Shown in pieces: positions 61,234 to 64,000 of a DNA stretch of 64,000 bases (positions are counted from its first letter, which is position 1; every line of letters starts with the position of its first letter). Origin of the DNA: Thermoanaerobaculia bacterium. Lineage in GTDB: Bacteria > Acidobacteriota > Thermoanaerobaculia > UBA5066. A program made the position numbers and the translations under genes. The notes under the pieces were generated by a model. The model did no database searches, was not told the origin of the DNA, and saw only the letters and a list, made by a program, of their open reading frames with translations. Location of the stretch: assembly GCA_963719225.1 (NCBI GenBank), contig CAVRAY010000001.1, forward strand, positions 736,001 through 800,000, given 5' to 3'.

Positions 61234-61458
61234 TCAGCCGGGTGACGGAGTCCCTTCGGCGGGCGGGACCGCGGCGGCGGGTTGGGGAGCCGGAGGCGCG
61301 GGGGCGGGGGCCGGAGGCGGGGGCGGCTCGCCGTTCGGAAAGGCTTCGGCGCCGCAGAAATAGCATTTCACCTTCGGCTGGGTCACGGCTTCTGGAACCC
61401 AGTAGAAGAAGGACTTCTGGCACGCGGGACACGTGAACAGCCTTCGGTCGCCCTTCAT
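61234..61458 (-). CDS. Small zinc-ribbon protein with Pro-rich tail
   Basis: CPAC...CYFC; ATGA overlap with the upstream gene. Confidence 0.7.
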   Translation of the reverse strand: MKGDRRLFTCPACQKSFFYWVPEAVTQPKVKCYFCGAEAFPNGEPPPPPAPAPAPPAPQPAAAVPPAEGTPSPG

Positions 61459-62315
61459 GACGAGGAAGGATACGCGCCCGGGAGCCTTCGCGCGCTCCGG
61501 CGGACGAGAAGGACCAGGAGGGCCGCCAGCATGACGGTGGACAGGACCGAGCCTTCGGGACCGAACGCACCCCCGCTGAGCGCCGGCAGGCCGGCGCCGC
61601 GGATTCCGGTCGGGACGACCGGCCTTCCCAGCATCATCCCGCTGACGGGGAGCGCGAGCGCGGCCAGGCTGAAATTCCAGAGCGTGTGGAACGTCCAGGG
61701 CCCGAGGAGACCGCCTTCGCTCCAGTAGAGCCAGCCCAGGACCGAACCGGCCAGCCCGATGTTGAGGAGCGCGAGAGGAGTCACGTTCGGGTTGACCGCG
61801 TGCATCGAGGCGAAGGCGACGGACTGTCCCGCGTTCGCGAGGAGTCCCGAGACGAACCAGCGCCGCGCGGCGGCACGCCCTCGAAGCGGCTCGTCCATCC
61901 CGGAGAGCTTCCCGAAGAGGAGGCGTGCCACGAAGAGGAAGAGAGCCGCGAGGAGCGTCAGGAAGAAGGCCCGGAAGAGAAGCTCCTCCGCCAGGCTCTG
62001 CAGAGCGAAGAAGCCAAACGTAGCGGCAGCCGACGAAAGCGACGCGGAACCCGGCGCGGGAGAGAACGGCGCATAGCCCGTGGATCCGGGGCTGAACGCC
62101 CCGAGGAGAGCGGGCGGCAGAAGGGCCGCAAGAAGGAGGGATGCGGCGGCCGCGAGCGCCGCGACGACGGCACGCGCGGGGGATTCGCGCGGCTCGGAGA
62201 CGGCGGCGCCGAGCCGCGCGAGGAGGCCGAAACGGAGAAGGACGAAACCGGCGAGGCCGAGCGGGAGCGCGAGGACGAGGCCCGACGCGAGTCGCTCATC
62301 GAGCCAGGTCCACAT
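61455..62315 (-). CDS. CPBP (CAAX/Abi) intramembrane metalloprotease
   Basis: EELLFR, FASMH, HTLWN, GGAFGPEGS. Confidence 0.88.
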   Translation of the reverse strand: MWTWLDERLASGLVLALPLGLAGFVLLRFGLLARLGAAVSEPRESPARAVVAALAAAASLLLAALLPPALLGAFSPGSTGYAPFSPAPGSASLSSAAATFGFFALQSLAEELLFRAFFLTLLAALFLFVARLLFGKLSGMDEPLRGRAAARRWFVSGLLANAGQSVAFASMHAVNPNVTPLALLNIGLAGSVLGWLYWSEGGLLGPWTFHTLWNFSLAALALPVSGMMLGRPVVPTGIRGAGLPALSGGAFGPEGSVLSTVMLAALLVLLVRRSARRLPGAYPSSS

Positions 62316-62350
62316 CGTCCCCGGCACGGGTGACGCGAGGACCAGAAAGG

Positions 62351-62947
62351 TCACTTCTTCGCGGGCTCTCCGGCCGGCTTCTTCTCCATCTCCTCCTTCA
62401 TCCGCTTCTGCTGCTCGGCCGTCCACGGCGGGACGACACCGTTCATGCGCGCGTACGCGATGGACTGGCCGAGGTGCTCGTGCTCGTGATTCGCGACGGT
62501 GAGGAGAACCCCCCGGACCGTCGTGTCGAACCCGAACATCTTCTCGGGCTTGTCGAGGTCCGCATCCGAGAGACCGGCGATACCGGCGCGCACGTGCGCA
62601 AAGGACTTCTTGAGCTCGTCGATCACCTTTGACTTCTCGGTGACGTTCTTCTCCATCTCCTTGTCCAGGCCCGCGGGCACCTTGATGCCCGCGAAGCCGA
62701 GGACGAAGTAGTTCCCGCCTGCGATGTGCATGTAGACCTCGCTGATCGACCGCACCCCAGGGGCGGGTCGCCAGCCGAACTTGTCGGTGGGCGTCGCCTC
62801 CGCGAGGCCGAGAAGCTGCTTCTCGAGGCGATCCTGCTGGCCCAGGAATTCGGCCCGGAAACCCTTCGCGGGCGCCTGCGCGCGCGCCGCGGAAGCGGCC
62901 AAGAGAGAGAGAGCGAGGGCGGCCGTGACGAGGTGACGGATTTTCAT
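62351..62947 (-). CDS. Exported DinB family protein
   Basis: Signal peptide; WRPAPGVRS, H, HEHEHLGQSIAYAR; RBS AGGAGG. Confidence 0.88.
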   Translation of the reverse strand: MKIRHLVTAALALSLLAASAARAQAPAKGFRAEFLGQQDRLEKQLLGLAEATPTDKFGWRPAPGVRSISEVYMHIAGGNYFVLGFAGIKVPAGLDKEMEKNVTEKSKVIDELKKSFAHVRAGIAGLSDADLDKPEKMFGFDTTVRGVLLTVANHEHEHLGQSIAYARMNGVVPPWTAEQQKRMKEEMEKKPAGEPAKK

Positions 62948-63026
62948 GGATCGTCCTCCTAATCGAATTCGGTGGGCGCATCTTATCCGCCCTGCGTAGA
63001 ATCCGTTCGATTCCGGAGGAGAAGAC

Positions 63027-63899
63027 ATGAAGACGATGAGCCGCACCGCCTTTCTCGCCACTCTCGCCGTTGCTGCCGCCATCCCCGCGATCGGGCAGCT
63101 CACCTCGCCTCTTCCCAGCCCGAACGCCACCGTCTCCCAGACGATCGGCGTCACGAAGGTCGAGGTCGCCTACAGCCGGCCGCACGTGAAAGGCCCGACG
63201 CGCAAGGAAGAGCGCGTGATCTGGGGCGGGCTCGTGCCGTACGACAAGGTCTGGCGGACGGGGGCGAACGCGGTCACGAAGATCACGCTCGACGGGGACG
63301 TGATGGTCGAAGGCCAGAAGCTCGCCGCGGGCTCGTACGGGCTCTACACGATTCCCGGGAAGACCGAATGGACCGTGATTTTCAACAAGCAATCGACGGG
63401 CGGGCCGGATCACAGCCCCGACAAGGACGTCCTGCGCGTCAAGGTGAAGCCCGAGGCCTCCGCGCCGCACGACCAGTTCACGATCGAATTCCTGTCGGTG
63501 ACGTCCGATTCGGCCGTGCTCGCGATCGAGTGGGAGAAGCTGATGGTGCCCGTGTCCCTCAAGGTCGACACGAAGGCGCAGTTCCTGACGAACGCGAGGG
63601 AGTCCATGGCGAAGGCGAAGCCCGACGACTGGCAGACGCCGCTCGTCGCGGCGCGGTACCTCTACGACAGCAAGTACGCGCTCGAGGACGCCGGGAAGTG
63701 GATCGACAAGTCCATCGCCACGAAGGCCACGTTCGGCAATCTCTCGGTGAAGGCGAACGCTCTCGCCGCGGACGGCAAGAAGAAGGAAGCCGTCGCGACG
63801 GCCGAGAAAGCCCTCGCCGCCGGCGCGGCCGCCGAGCAGAAGCCGTCGCCCGAAGCGGTCGCGGCTCTGGAGAAGAAGATCGCGGAGTGGAAGAAGTAG
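63027..63899 (+). CDS. DUF2911 domain protein with TPR-like tail
   Basis: PSP.A.V.Q, YSRP, LVPYDKVWRTGAN, YTIPG. Confidence 0.9.
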   Translation: MKTMSRTAFLATLAVAAAIPAIGQLTSPLPSPNATVSQTIGVTKVEVAYSRPHVKGPTRKEERVIWGGLVPYDKVWRTGANAVTKITLDGDVMVEGQKLAAGSYGLYTIPGKTEWTVIFNKQSTGGPDHSPDKDVLRVKVKPEASAPHDQFTIEFLSVTSDSAVLAIEWEKLMVPVSLKVDTKAQFLTNARESMAKAKPDDWQTPLVAARYLYDSKYALEDAGKWIDKSIATKATFGNLSVKANALAADGKKKEAVATAEKALAAGAAAEQKPSPEAVAALEKKIAEWKK

Positions 63900-63902
63900 G
63901 AA

Positions 63903-64000
63903 CTACTTCGTCAAGGTGCCCTTGACCCGGTATTCCCTCGGAACCTTCTTTTCCGTCAGCGCGTCGGCGGGGAGGGAGCGGTCGTCTTGAGCCGCGCGCC
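63903..64000 (-). CDS. Possible 3' end of an unidentified gene
   Basis: Open frame ...DALTEKKVPREYRVKGTLTK* converges on the DUF2911 gene. Confidence 0.35.
   Translation of the reverse strand, partial: RAAQDDRSLPADALTEKKVPREYRVKGTLTK

Noticed and set aside
61455-62315. Abortive-infection defence gene (Abi/CAAX name)
   Set aside because: The CPBP family is a membrane protease family; the name does not imply phage defence and there is no defence context.

Overview
A gene-dense, high-GC (roughly 68-70%, estimated by eye) bacterial chromosome segment with about 65 CDS. Gene content is consistent with an Acidobacteriota/Thermoanaerobaculia-like heterotroph, but that is inference only. It encodes the 5' end of a selenocysteine formate dehydrogenase (in-frame UGA plus SECIS hairpin), aguA/aguB, TCA genes (gltA, mdh-sdhCAB), an osmoprotectant ABC transporter, bfd-bfr, many peptidases and hydrolases, a VapBC pair, a HerA-like ATPase and one complete IS5-family element. 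I found no rRNA, tRNA or CRISPR array. The strongest unexplained signals are: (1) a dispersed ~22-bp AT-rich motif (approx. AGAGAAGATTTTCTTMGAAGGG) that forms an intergenic hairpin and also sits in frame inside several genes; (2) a 24-bp AT-rich palindrome inside aguA built from rare synonymous codons; (3) several genes apparently reduced by deletion or truncation; (4) widespread apparent leaderless and bidirectional promoters plus two probable non-canonical starts. All family assignments come from motif recognition, not database searches.
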